From Bacteroidota bacterium (GTDB taxonomy: Bacteria > Bacteroidota > Ignavibacteria > Ignavibacteriales > SURF-24): 64,000 nucleotides of DNA. The stretch is taken from the NCBI GenBank assembly GCA_050258935.1, contig JBLMZS010000014.1, forward strand, positions 737-64,736, given 5' to 3'. Under the pieces are notes generated by a model. The model was not told the origin of the DNA. It ran no database searches and saw only the letters and a list, made by a program, of their open reading frames with translations. Below are positions 47,458-56,620 of this stretch, piece by piece (position 1 is the first letter of the stretch; each line of letters starts with the position of its first letter). The position numbers and the translations under genes are program-made.

Positions 47458-48915
47458 TTATGCGGCTTTACGGCGCAGAAATACGGTTTTTATGGATTTT
47501 ATCTCTTCCCCCGATACAACACCGAACAGCACTATCATTATTGAATATAAAGCTACAAGCAGTATCTTCAGAAGAATCGTAGTAAATCCGAATAAATAAT
47601 ACAGTACCGCAGTTATGGTGACAGCAATGAGAATTTTCAGAAGTTTTCCGTATTCATAGTCAATAGGATAAAAATGTCTTGAAACCAAGTACAATCCCGC
47701 CGCCATAAACACATAACTCAGGAATGTTGCCATAGCCGCTCCGGTAATACCCCACACAGGTATAAGAGCAAAGTTTACAGCTATGTTCACTATTGCACCG
47801 AGCGCAGTAACATAAGGTATGTACTTTGTTTTTTCCTGTATAAGGATTCCCGCCGTGAGGTTCACGTATATACCGTTAAAAAGGTAGCCGGCCAGTATGA
47901 CCGGAACTATTGACAGACCGGACCAGTATCTCGAATCTATCAGCGTAACATTCAGTATACTTGCTTTTACAAGGTCTTCAATGAATAAAGAAAGCATTAC
48001 CAGCACTGTACTGCCTGCCAGAACAAACCAGGTAAGCACGCGCGAAAATATCTCCTTTGCATTGCTTTCCTTCGCATTGTGCAGAAAGAATGGCTGCCAT
48101 GCATACTGAAACATAGAAACAAACAGCATCATGAAAATGCCGAGTTTATAGTTTATCTGATAGAGCCCTACTGTCGCATCATCTGTCAGTCTGAGCAGTA
48201 TAGGCCTGTCGATCACCTGTATTACCATAGAAGCAAGACTTGCAGGCAGGTACGGCATTCCGAATTTCAGCATCAGCCGGAACAGATCCTTGTCAATACG
48301 CAGATGGAAATTCTCAAGTATATCGGGCAGCAGAAGCATCATAGTAATCACTGAGGCAGCCAGATTGGCAATGAACACCGCTTCGATCCCCATTTTCATC
48401 ATTCTGAGCAGCACAATATTCAGCACCACGTTAATCAGTATATTTATGGTTTTTATCAGTGCAAATTTTTTAGCTTTTCTTACGATACGCAGATAAGCGA
48501 ACGGAACTGCAGACAGGGCATCGAAGAACAGTATCAGCACTATATAATTCAGTATATACGAATACCTGTCCGGCAGCTGGAACACCTCGTTTACCGGACC
48601 GCGGAAAACATAAAACAGCATTGATATTACCGCAGATGAAAATACTACGGACAGGAAAGGCGAAGAGAACACATCTTTCTTTTTTTCCTGCATGTATATT
48701 GAGGCATACTTCAGGTAAGCGGTATCCATACCGTAGAGATACAGTATATTCAGAAAAGCGATATACGCATAGATGGCACCGATGATACCATTATCGGCTT
48801 TGCCCAGCATGTGTGAGTAAAACGGTACGAGTATAAACGTCAAAAAACGGCTGAGTATGGTACTTATGCCATACACAGCCGTATCCTTGGAAAGCTGCCT
48901 TAGTTTATCTCTCAT
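47458..48915 (-). CDS. MOP-superfamily polysaccharide/oligosaccharide flippase (Wzx-like)
   Basis: 485 aa, about 12-14 TM helices. The N-terminus KDTAVYGISTILSRFLTFILVPFYSH is typical of polysaccharide biosynthesis (PST) flippases. Its start overlaps the nadC stop (ATGA). Confidence 0.78.
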   Translation of the reverse strand: MRDKLRQLSKDTAVYGISTILSRFLTFILVPFYSHMLGKADNGIIGAIYAYIAFLNILYLYGMDTAYLKYASIYMQEKKKDVFSSPFLSVVFSSAVISMLFYVFRGPVNEVFQLPDRYSYILNYIVLILFFDALSAVPFAYLRIVRKAKKFALIKTINILINVVLNIVLLRMMKMGIEAVFIANLAASVITMMLLLPDILENFHLRIDKDLFRLMLKFGMPYLPASLASMVIQVIDRPILLRLTDDATVGLYQINYKLGIFMMLFVSMFQYAWQPFFLHNAKESNAKEIFSRVLTWFVLAGSTVLVMLSLFIEDLVKASILNVTLIDSRYWSGLSIVPVILAGYLFNGIYVNLTAGILIQEKTKYIPYVTALGAIVNIAVNFALIPVWGITGAAMATFLSYVFMAAGLYLVSRHFYPIDYEYGKLLKILIAVTITAVLYYLFGFTTILLKILLVALYSIMIVLFGVVSGEEIKSIKTVFLRRKAA

Positions 48916-49769
48916 TGGGCATGGTTGAATTTTAATTTCAGCGAAATGTCGAGAGCTTTGACGCTATGAGTCAGCGCTCCGATAGATATCAGATCTACTC
49001 CGGTCATTGCAATTGCCCTGACGCTTTCGAGTGTCACACCGCCGGAAGCTTCTGTCTGGGCGCGGCCCGCGATAAGCTCAACAGCCTGCTTCATAGATTC
49101 AATTTCAAAGTTGTCCAGCATTATCACATCAACCTTATTGTCGATTGCCTCCTGTGTCTGCTGAAGGTTGGAAACCTCGACTTCAATCCGGTAAGTGCGG
49201 CCGGTCTGCTGCATATATCTGCGGCAGTTTTCGACGGCACTAGTAATTGAGCCGGAAGCGGTGATGTGATTGTCCTTAATCAGGAACATATCGTACAGGC
49301 CGATGCGGTGGTTGCCGCAGCCTCCGGCTGCCACTGCCATTTTGTCGAGCAGACGCAGTCCCGGGACTGTTTTCCTGGTGTCTATGATTTTCGCATTCGT
49401 ATCGCTGACCGCTTTGGCAAACACTGATGCATATGTAGCAATACCGCTCATTCTCTGCAGCAGGTTAAGTGCAGTACGTTCAGTGGTAAGAATAGATGCG
49501 GCTTTGCCGCGCACAATTCCGGCTATGTCGCCTTTTTTAACTTGCTGACCGTCTTTGACGTACATTTCGCATTCAAGAGAAGGATCGAACAATTCAAATA
49601 CCCGCTTTGCGACTTCAACTCCGGCTATTATTCCGTCAGCCTTGATGAAGAACTGTGCTTCTCCCGGCTGATCTGCCGGCACTGTAGCAAGCGTAGTAAT
49701 ATCACCTTCGCCAATGTCCTCGCGGAAGGCATTCTTTATAACATCATCTATTTCTTTCTGTATATCCAT
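48912..49769 (-). CDS. nadC: Nicotinate-nucleotide pyrophosphorylase (carboxylating)
   Basis: Contains DIGEGDITT, TERTALNLLQRMSGIAT, DTRKT.PGLR, IKDNHI and MLDN blocks. ATG 49769 is preceded by GAGGA; the track ORF begins at a TTG (49781). Confidence 0.93.
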   Translation of the reverse strand: MDIQKEIDDVIKNAFREDIGEGDITTLATVPADQPGEAQFFIKADGIIAGVEVAKRVFELFDPSLECEMYVKDGQQVKKGDIAGIVRGKAASILTTERTALNLLQRMSGIATYASVFAKAVSDTNAKIIDTRKTVPGLRLLDKMAVAAGGCGNHRIGLYDMFLIKDNHITASGSITSAVENCRRYMQQTGRTYRIEVEVSNLQQTQEAIDNKVDVIMLDNFEIESMKQAVELIAGRAQTEASGGVTLESVRAIAMTGVDLISIGALTHSVKALDISLKLKFNHAQ

Positions 49770-49784
49770 AATAGTCCTCAACTT

Positions 49785-49846
49785 AGTTCTGAGTTCTGAG
49801 TTCTGAGTTCTGAGTTTTCTGAGTTCTGAGTTTTCTGAATTCAGAA
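49785..49846. repeat. Longest direct GAGTTNT heptad array, ending in a 14-nt palindrome
   Basis: agttct gagttct gagttct gagttct gagtttt ct gagttct gagtttt, then ttctgaattcagaa (49833-46). Fills the nadC-thioesterase spacer. Confidence 0.9.
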
Positions 49847-50272
49847 TTACTTAAATTGTCTTCCAAGCGCATCCAGGTAGAACTGGGGAGGCCGCGTGGC
49901 TTTTTTAGTTTTTTCGTTTATAAATACGTGTTCAGTATATCCCTCGGCCACTACTTCATCGGTTTCATTTCTCCTGATAATATAATCTATGTGGAGCTTT
50001 ATTCTGGGCAGTTCTCTGACTGTGGTTTCAATTTCCAGCAGATCGTCGTAGCGGCCGTGGTTTTTATAGACTACGTGTGCCTCCAGTACAGGCAGCTGGT
50101 ATCCTTTCTCTTCAACACTCTTGTATGGAAGCCCAATAGAACGCAGTAGTTCAGTTCTTCCAACTTCAAAATATTCCAGATATTTTCCGTTATATACAAA
50201 CTGCATCTTATCCGTATCTGCATAGCGGACGCGGATGAGTGTTTTATGAATAAGCATAATATGATTCCGCAT
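49847..50272 (-). CDS. Acyl-CoA thioesterase, YbgC/4HBT (hotdog) family
   Basis: 141 aa; IRVRYADTDKMQFVYNGKYLEYFEVGRTELLR is typical of the YbgC family. Confidence 0.82.
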   Translation of the reverse strand: MRNHIMLIHKTLIRVRYADTDKMQFVYNGKYLEYFEVGRTELLRSIGLPYKSVEEKGYQLPVLEAHVVYKNHGRYDDLLEIETTVRELPRIKLHIDYIIRRNETDEVVAEGYTEHVFINEKTKKATRPPQFYLDALGRQFK

Positions 50273-50291
50273 AAATTTTTACTCAGCAATA

Positions 50292-51242
50292 CTATTCGTT
50301 CCATACACCCATGCGGGCATATTTTTCGAATCGCTGCTGAAGTAATTTTTCAGTTTTGAGTTTTGTAAGTTCTTTCAGTTCATCCAGCAACGCTTTTTTC
50401 AGGAATGCCGCTGCCTGGGTGTGATCCTTATGGGCTCCACCGGTAGGTTCCGGTATTATGCGGTCGATCAGTTTCTGCTTCAGCAGATCCTGTGCTGTAA
50501 GCTTTAGGGCTTCGGCAGCCTGTTCTTTATAGTCCCAGCTTTTCCACAGTATGCTTGAGCAGGATTCAGGACTAATAACCGAGTACCAGCTGTTCTCGAG
50601 CATAAGCAGCCGGTCACCGACACCGATGCCCAGAGCACCGCCGCTGGCGCCTTCGCCAATCACTATGGAAATTATGGGCACCTTCAGGCGGCTCATCTCG
50701 TAGAGGTTTTTTGCAATGGCCTCTGCCTGTCCGCGCTGTTCTGCCTCAAGTCCCGGATATGCTCCCGGTGTGTCGATGAGTGTAATTACAGGCCGGTTGA
50801 ATTTTTCCGCAAGCTTCATCAGACGCAGCGCCTTTCTGTAACCTTCAGGGTTGGGCATGCCGAAATTCCTCAGCACGTTGGATTTTGTATCGCGTCCTTT
50901 CTGGTGACCGATGATCATTACCTTGTACGGATCGAGGCCCGCGAAACCGCCTACGATGGATTTATCATCTTTGGCTTGCCTGTCGCCGTGGAGCTCAATA
51001 AAATCATGAGTAAGCTGATAGATATAGTCGAGCGTATACGGTCTTTCAGGATGGCGCGCCAGCTGAACTCTCTGCCAGCGGGTAAGGTCCTTGTAAATGC
51101 TTTCCTTCAATTTTTCCACTTTCTTTTCCAGTTTGCCTATTTCGTCTGATATATCCAGTTTATCCGAATATTTTCTCATTTCTTCAATTTTTTCTTCAAG
51201 TTCGGCAACAGGTTTTTCGAAATCCAGCACAACTTTATTCAT
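50292..51242 (-). CDS. accA: Acetyl-CoA carboxylase carboxyltransferase subunit alpha
   Basis: 316 aa; contains [20 protein letters not shown] and [10 protein letters not shown]. Confidence 0.95.
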   Translation of the reverse strand: MNKVVLDFEKPVAELEEKIEEMRKYSDKLDISDEIGKLEKKVEKLKESIYKDLTRWQRVQLARHPERPYTLDYIYQLTHDFIELHGDRQAKDDKSIVGGFAGLDPYKVMIIGHQKGRDTKSNVLRNFGMPNPEGYRKALRLMKLAEKFNRPVITLIDTPGAYPGLEAEQRGQAEAIAKNLYEMSRLKVPIISIVIGEGASGGALGIGVGDRLLMLENSWYSVISPESCSSILWKSWDYKEQAAEALKLTAQDLLKQKLIDRIIPEPTGGAHKDHTQAAAFLKKALLDELKELTKLKTEKLLQQRFEKYARMGVWNE

Positions 51243-53268
51243 AGTTTCTCCGGACGTTTTTATTGGTTTTATCTCCCGGTCCAGACATCAGGTTCATAGT
51301 TTTTCCCAGTATTTCCAGATCCATCCATATGTTCTGATTTTTCGCATAGAAAACATCTAACTTCAGTATTTCTTCGTCTTCAGTCTTATCTGTCTCGGCA
51401 TCTGTCAGCCACAATCCGGTCAGTCCGGGTTTTCCAAGGTACAGATTAAGATCTCCGCGCACGCATTTGGGGCCCACCAGACTTTTCCGGCCTCTAATGA
51501 CCGAAGGCAGCTGAAGCATTAAGCTGCTCAGCAATGTCTTTTTCTGTTTATCTGCAAAAACATACACAAACGGATAAACAGATGCCAGCAAAATTACCGA
51601 TATCAGAATATCCACAGTACGTTTTGTAATTCTGGATGAAATCGAGGAGATGTTATAATATACTTCCAGAAGCGGTATATCGTCAAGCATGGTAATAGAA
51701 GATTTGCCGACCAGAAATCCAAGTTCATTTCCGGCAACCTTGAAGTCCACATTTTCTCTCTGGCAAATTGCAACGACGCCAAGCATCTGCTGATAGCTGA
51801 CTTCGCCGGAGCTGAATATTACTTCGTTTATTTTCTGCTCGTGTATAATTTTCTGTATGTTATCGAGCGAACCGATCACTTCAAATCCGTCTATTCTGCG
51901 TCCGGTGTCTTTTCTGGTCAGCGAGATAAAGCCCGCTATATGGTGTATGCTTGTAAATCTGGATTTCAGTTTGCGGGCAAGCTGAACAGAGTAATCGCCG
52001 GTACCGACGATAATTGTTTTCGTGCGGTAACTGTCTCTGCCGTCAGACATGCCGGTAATAAACTTAGCTGCGATGCGCCACAGCGGAAGGAGTATAAAAT
52101 TAAGTATATAGATCAGTATTACTACTGCCCTGCTGTACGCATACTGTTTGAAGAAAAATGTTGCGGATGACAGTGCGAAAAATCCGAATATCAGGGCCGA
52201 CAGTGTGCGGAATACTGACAATCGGTCTCTTCTGTACACGCCTGTCATAGCCGAGATAAGCACCTGCAGCATTGCCGGTATTATATATACTATTTTGATA
52301 GAGAACGGCGGAAATCCGTGCCATCCGTAAAACGAATATAGTTTATCCGCAAGCAGTATGGCTATATCCACAAAAATAAAATCGAGAATCATGGACATAA
52401 CCGGCAGCTTGTATATGTTCAGAAACGCGAGCAGTTTTCTGAGCACAATTGCAAACCTGAGTATAAACTCCACCAGGAAGGAAGAAGAGAAATGTTTCTT
52501 TACAAACAGGTGCATCGCATCATAGAATACCTTGGTTTCGTCGATGCTGCTGCGTTTGGTGCTTTCGCCCTTATAGTGAATTATCTGTGTGGAGTGGACA
52601 TAGAATACTTTGAACCCGGCCTTCTGTGTACGGTAACACAGGTCGAGGTCTTCGCCGTACATAAAGAACTGCTGATCGAAGCCGCCGATCTTTTCATAGA
52701 CTTCGCGGCGCATAAACATAAAGGCGCCTGAGATGGCGTCGACCTCATAGGTCTTATTTTCGTCTAAGTAAGTAAGGTTATATCTGGCAAACAGCCTGCT
52801 CTGCGGAAACAGTTTGCTAAGGCCGCTCACCTTGCAGAATGAAGTCCATGGTCCCGGGAATCCGCGGCGGCAGGCAAGCTGGAGTGTGCCGTCGGAATTC
52901 AGCACCTTGCAGCCGGCCATACCGGCTTCGGGTGTATTTTCAAAAAAGCTGATCAGTGTGGAGAATGTATTCTCCTGTACTATGGTATCGGGATTTAACA
53001 GCAGCAGGTACCTGCCCTTTGCTATGGACAGGGCGAGATTATTTGCAGCGCCGAAGCCCAAATTTTCCTTATTGGCAATCAGATGCACGTACGGGAATTT
53101 CTCGCGCAGCAGTTCAACACTGCCGTCATCAGAAGCATTATCGACCACGATGATCTCCATCGGAACGTTATCGCTGCTTTTTTCTATCGAGCGCAATAGG
53201 TTCTGCAGGAATTCCTTTACGTTATAGTTGACAATTATTATGGAAAGAAGTACATCTTCAGACAGCAT
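51235..53268 (-). CDS. Fusion protein: N-terminal GT2 glycosyltransferase, polytopic membrane region, Rossmann-like domain, and a degenerate C-terminal WbaP-type sugar-transferase domain
   Basis: 677 aa. GT2 domain: [21 protein letters not shown] and MYGEDLDL. About 4 TM helices lie at aa 270-400. The Rossmann-like region is [17 protein letters not shown]. The C-terminus carries [20 protein letters not shown] and GKPGLTGLW, but lacks the KFRxM and DE(I/L)PQ blocks. Confidence 0.7.
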   Translation of the reverse strand: MLSEDVLLSIIIVNYNVKEFLQNLLRSIEKSSDNVPMEIIVVDNASDDGSVELLREKFPYVHLIANKENLGFGAANNLALSIAKGRYLLLLNPDTIVQENTFSTLISFFENTPEAGMAGCKVLNSDGTLQLACRRGFPGPWTSFCKVSGLSKLFPQSRLFARYNLTYLDENKTYEVDAISGAFMFMRREVYEKIGGFDQQFFMYGEDLDLCYRTQKAGFKVFYVHSTQIIHYKGESTKRSSIDETKVFYDAMHLFVKKHFSSSFLVEFILRFAIVLRKLLAFLNIYKLPVMSMILDFIFVDIAILLADKLYSFYGWHGFPPFSIKIVYIIPAMLQVLISAMTGVYRRDRLSVFRTLSALIFGFFALSSATFFFKQYAYSRAVVILIYILNFILLPLWRIAAKFITGMSDGRDSYRTKTIIVGTGDYSVQLARKLKSRFTSIHHIAGFISLTRKDTGRRIDGFEVIGSLDNIQKIIHEQKINEVIFSSGEVSYQQMLGVVAICQRENVDFKVAGNELGFLVGKSSITMLDDIPLLEVYYNISSISSRITKRTVDILISVILLASVYPFVYVFADKQKKTLLSSLMLQLPSVIRGRKSLVGPKCVRGDLNLYLGKPGLTGLWLTDAETDKTEDEEILKLDVFYAKNQNIWMDLEILGKTMNLMSGPGDKTNKNVRRNYE

Positions 53269-53282
53269 TCATATCTCCCGCA

Positions 53283-54002
53283 TCAGAGCTTTCCGATCAT
53301 GCTCTGCAGGCGCAGTTTCCATACCATAAATACCGCCTCGCGCACTATTTTTTTGGACATTTTTGATTTGCCCTTTACGCGGTCTATGAATATGATAGGA
53401 ATTTCTTTCAGTCTGAAGCCGGCTTTCCACGCCTTGAAATTCATTTCTATCTGGAATGAATAACCGTTTGATCTGATCTTATTCAGATTGATCTTTTCCA
53501 GCACGCTGCGTCTGAAACATTTATAGCCGCCTGTCGAATCAGCGACGGGCAGGCCGGTAATGAATCTTGTATACTTATTGGCAAAATAACTGAGCAAAAG
53601 CCTGTTCATCGGCCAGTTAATGACATTCACTCCGGTTATATAACGGCTGCCTATAACCAGGTCTGCATCTTTAATAGCTTCCAGAAAATTTCGCAGTTCT
53701 TTAGGATCGTGCGAGTAGTCGGCGTCCATCTGGAATGCGTAATCATATCCGTTATTCAGCATAAATCTGTATCCTTCGACATATGCCGTTCCGAGTCCCA
53801 TTTTCCCCGGCCGCTCGAGTATCTTCACCCTTTCATTTCTCGAAGCCATTTCCTTCACATAGGCAGCGGTACCGTCGGGTGAATTGTCATCGACCACCAG
53901 CACGTCAATTTCCGGGTAGCATTCGAGCAGTTCAGGAAGGAGTGTATGCAGGTTATCCAGTTCGTTATACGTCGGAATAATGACTAATGATTTTTCAGGC
54001 AT
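53283..54002 (-). CDS. GT2 polyprenol-phosphate glycosyltransferase (Dpm1/Ppm1-like)
   Basis: 239 aa, soluble; contains VIIPTYNE, VVDDNSPDGT, MDADYSHDP and a KGKSKMS tail typical of dolichyl/polyprenyl-phosphate mannose synthase-like enzymes. Confidence 0.78.
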   Translation of the reverse strand: MPEKSLVIIPTYNELDNLHTLLPELLECYPEIDVLVVDDNSPDGTAAYVKEMASRNERVKILERPGKMGLGTAYVEGYRFMLNNGYDYAFQMDADYSHDPKELRNFLEAIKDADLVIGSRYITGVNVINWPMNRLLLSYFANKYTRFITGLPVADSTGGYKCFRRSVLEKINLNKIRSNGYSFQIEMNFKAWKAGFRLKEIPIIFIDRVKGKSKMSKKIVREAVFMVWKLRLQSMIGKL

Positions 54003-54005
54003 CTT

Positions 54006-55109
54006 CTATTTTTTTCCTGTAAAGTCTTTTATAGCGTCAGTTATATATGTAATTTCTTCTTCAGTCAGTTCGGGATACATAGGCAGTGACAGTATTTTCT
54101 CTGCAGTGGCTTCTGCAACCGGCAGAGAAACGCCGTGTCCGTACTCGAGGAAAGCAGGCTGTTTGTGCAGCGGTATCGGATAATAAACGCCTGTAGGAAT
54201 ACCCTTTGCGTTCAGAGCCTCCAGTAGTCCCTGTCTGTCCTCAACCAGCATGGAATACTGGTGGTATATATGGTTTGTGAACTCAGCGGTATAAGGAGTG
54301 ATCACGCCGGCATCTTTAAGTTTCTCAGAATACAGCGCAGCGTTATTAGCGCGGGCTTTATTCCACTGGTCGATATATTTGATTTTCACGAGCAGTATTG
54401 CAGCCTGCAGAGTATCCATGCGCGAATTGAGTCCGAGTATTTCGTGCTTGTAGCGTATCCTGGAGCCGTGGTTCATTACCATTCTGACTTTTGAGTGGAG
54501 TTCATCGTCCTGGACGAACACCATACCGGAGTCGCCGTATCCGCCGAGGTTTTTGCTCGGGAAGAAGCTGGTGGCAGCGAAGTGACCGATTGAGCCGGCT
54601 TTGCGTCCTTTATATTCAGCGCCGAATGCCTGCGCCATATCCTCTATTACGTATAGGTTATGTTTACGTGCAATTTCCATTATCGGGTCCATATCAGCGC
54701 ACTGGCCAAACAGGTGGACAGGTATGATTGCTTTTGTTTTTGGAGTAATAGCGGCTTCAATTTTACTTACATCTATATTGAATGTTTTCGGATCGATATC
54801 CACATAAACTGGTTTTGCTCCGAGCAGGGCAACTGTTTCACAGGTAGCAACAAAAGTAAATGGTGAAGTGATGACCTCGTCGCCGGGTTTGATTCCCATA
54901 GCCATCATAGCGATCTGAAGAGCCTCGGTACCGTTTGCACATGCGACGGCGTATTTGGAGCCGATATATTTTGCTGATGTCTCTTCAAACTGAGCGACCT
55001 GTTCGCCGAGTATAAAGTGAGTTGATTCTATTACTTCACTGACAGCCGCATCGATCTCATGTTTAATCGTGCTGTACTGTTTCTTCAGATCCACCATTGC
55101 GAGTTTCAT
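54006..55109 (-). CDS. DegT/DnrJ/EryC1/StrS-family PLP-dependent sugar aminotransferase
   Basis: Contains MVDLKKQY, FILGEQV..FE, NGTEALQIA and SFFPSKNLGGYGD (PLP Lys). ATG 55109 is preceded by GGGAG; the track start 55124 is a TTG. Confidence 0.9.
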   Translation of the reverse strand: MKLAMVDLKKQYSTIKHEIDAAVSEVIESTHFILGEQVAQFEETSAKYIGSKYAVACANGTEALQIAMMAMGIKPGDEVITSPFTFVATCETVALLGAKPVYVDIDPKTFNIDVSKIEAAITPKTKAIIPVHLFGQCADMDPIMEIARKHNLYVIEDMAQAFGAEYKGRKAGSIGHFAATSFFPSKNLGGYGDSGMVFVQDDELHSKVRMVMNHGSRIRYKHEILGLNSRMDTLQAAILLVKIKYIDQWNKARANNAALYSEKLKDAGVITPYTAEFTNHIYHQYSMLVEDRQGLLEALNAKGIPTGVYYPIPLHKQPAFLEYGHGVSLPVAEATAEKILSLPMYPELTEEEITYITDAIKDFTGKK

Positions 55110-55180
55110 ACTTAAATCTCCCAAAATATATAAATATTATTATTTGTTCTCTTAATTCAAAATTTACAAAACATATGATC

Positions 55181-56587
55181 TCATTCAAAATGTCCCTTCC
55201 CGAACAGTACAACAAACACTGTACGGAAGAGAATTTTAAGATCCATGCGCAAAGACATGTTTTCTATATAAAACAGATCGTACCTAAGTTTCATTTTAAC
55301 ATCTTCGATGGTCTCGTCATACTTGTGTTTGACCTGAGCCCAGCCGGTTATTCCGGGGCGGACACGAAGGCGTTTTTTATACAGAGGTATCTCCTGCGAA
55401 AGCTTCTCAACAAAGAATGGTCTTTCCGGACGCGGTCCGACAAGGCTCATCTCCCCTTTCAGTACATTGATCATCTGGGGGATCTCATCAATACGGACCT
55501 TGCGAATAAAACGTCCCACTTTGGTAATTCTGGGATCATTTTTCTGTGACCATACGGGACCAGTAGCTTTTTCCGCATCCTGTCTCATGGAACGAAACTT
55601 GAATATATAGAAGGGTTTTCCGTTGAGACCGGATCTTTCCTGCTTATACAGCACAGGCCCCTTGCTGTCGAGTTTGATTGCAATAGATGCCGCAACAGTA
55701 ATGGGCAGTGAAAGTAAAAGTAAAAACAATGAAACACATATATCGAGTATACGCTTAGCTTTCTTTTCCCATTCAGGCATCAGCTGCGGCATTATGTCTA
55801 TCAACGGAAATCCGTAAATATGACTCGTCCGGGCCTGGCCACTTATAATCTCATACAGATCGGCGACTATTTTTATACCGACATCCTTGGAGTCACATTT
55901 TGTAATTACGTCCAGTACAACATCCTCCTGGTGCTTTTCCAGTGAAATAATTATCTCCTTTATATCCAGTCTGTCGATGACATCTGCAATATTCTCAACA
56001 GTATCCAGAACTCTGATGCCGTTGTATTCACGACCGGCATTCTCAGGAACAGATGCAATATAGCCCTTTATATCAAGCCCCAGAGCGCGATGCATGTTAA
56101 TCTGATCATGCAGGTTATTGGCTCGGGAATTAAATCCCACAATCAGCGTATTCTTTCTGCCATATCCTTTAATTATCAGACCCCGCTGAAAACTGCGTGC
56201 CCAAAGTCTGCCTGCTCCCACAAATGAAAGGAACAAAGACCAATATATGAATATCAGATAACGGCTTTTAGATGATGCATCCGTGCTGGCTGAATCATCC
56301 ATAAAGATCAGAAAAAACAGCACAAAAATGCCGACAAAACTCGCCTTGAACAATGTAGACATTTCGTCGAACCTGGAAGCAGCAAACCAGGTACGGTACA
56401 TTCCGACGAAGCTAAAAATAATAAACCAATAAAAATAGACCACTATGGCAGGCAGCCAAAAAGCCGGTTTGATTGCATAGTACAACATCCCGCTGTCGAC
56501 CCGCACATAGTAGTACACATACCAGCTGAGATATATCATCAGCATGTCAATTCCAAGTAACAGCAACATTTCTATTTTTCTGTTCAT
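55181..56587 (-). CDS. WbaP-type initiating polyprenyl-phosphate sugar-phosphate transferase (bacterial sugar transferase family)
   Basis: 468 aa: N-terminal TM helices, a Rossmann-like domain, then the complete catalytic domain AKRILDICVSL, GPVLYKQERSG.NGKPF.IFKFRSM, RIDEIPQMINVLKGEMSLVGPRP and RPGITGWAQV. Confidence 0.9.
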   Translation of the reverse strand: MNRKIEMLLLLGIDMLMIYLSWYVYYYVRVDSGMLYYAIKPAFWLPAIVVYFYWFIIFSFVGMYRTWFAASRFDEMSTLFKASFVGIFVLFFLIFMDDSASTDASSKSRYLIFIYWSLFLSFVGAGRLWARSFQRGLIIKGYGRKNTLIVGFNSRANNLHDQINMHRALGLDIKGYIASVPENAGREYNGIRVLDTVENIADVIDRLDIKEIIISLEKHQEDVVLDVITKCDSKDVGIKIVADLYEIISGQARTSHIYGFPLIDIMPQLMPEWEKKAKRILDICVSLFLLLLSLPITVAASIAIKLDSKGPVLYKQERSGLNGKPFYIFKFRSMRQDAEKATGPVWSQKNDPRITKVGRFIRKVRIDEIPQMINVLKGEMSLVGPRPERPFFVEKLSQEIPLYKKRLRVRPGITGWAQVKHKYDETIEDVKMKLRYDLFYIENMSLRMDLKILFRTVFVVLFGKGHFE

Positions 56588-56620
56588 AAGCCAGTATAAT
56601 GATTTAATGTTATGAAAGTA

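Noticed and set aside
11587-49846. Heptad arrays as CRISPR-like or coding repeats
   Set aside because: There are no spacers, the unit is 7 nt (not a multiple of 3), the arrays are confined to short intergenic gaps, and the only ORF-track hits across them (for example 21978-22190) are short shadow ORFs.
55097-55549. 150-aa plus-strand ORF across the DegT / sugar-transferase junction
   Set aside because: It is antisense to the conserved C-terminal catalytic domain of the sugar transferase. This is an AT-rich shadow ORF.
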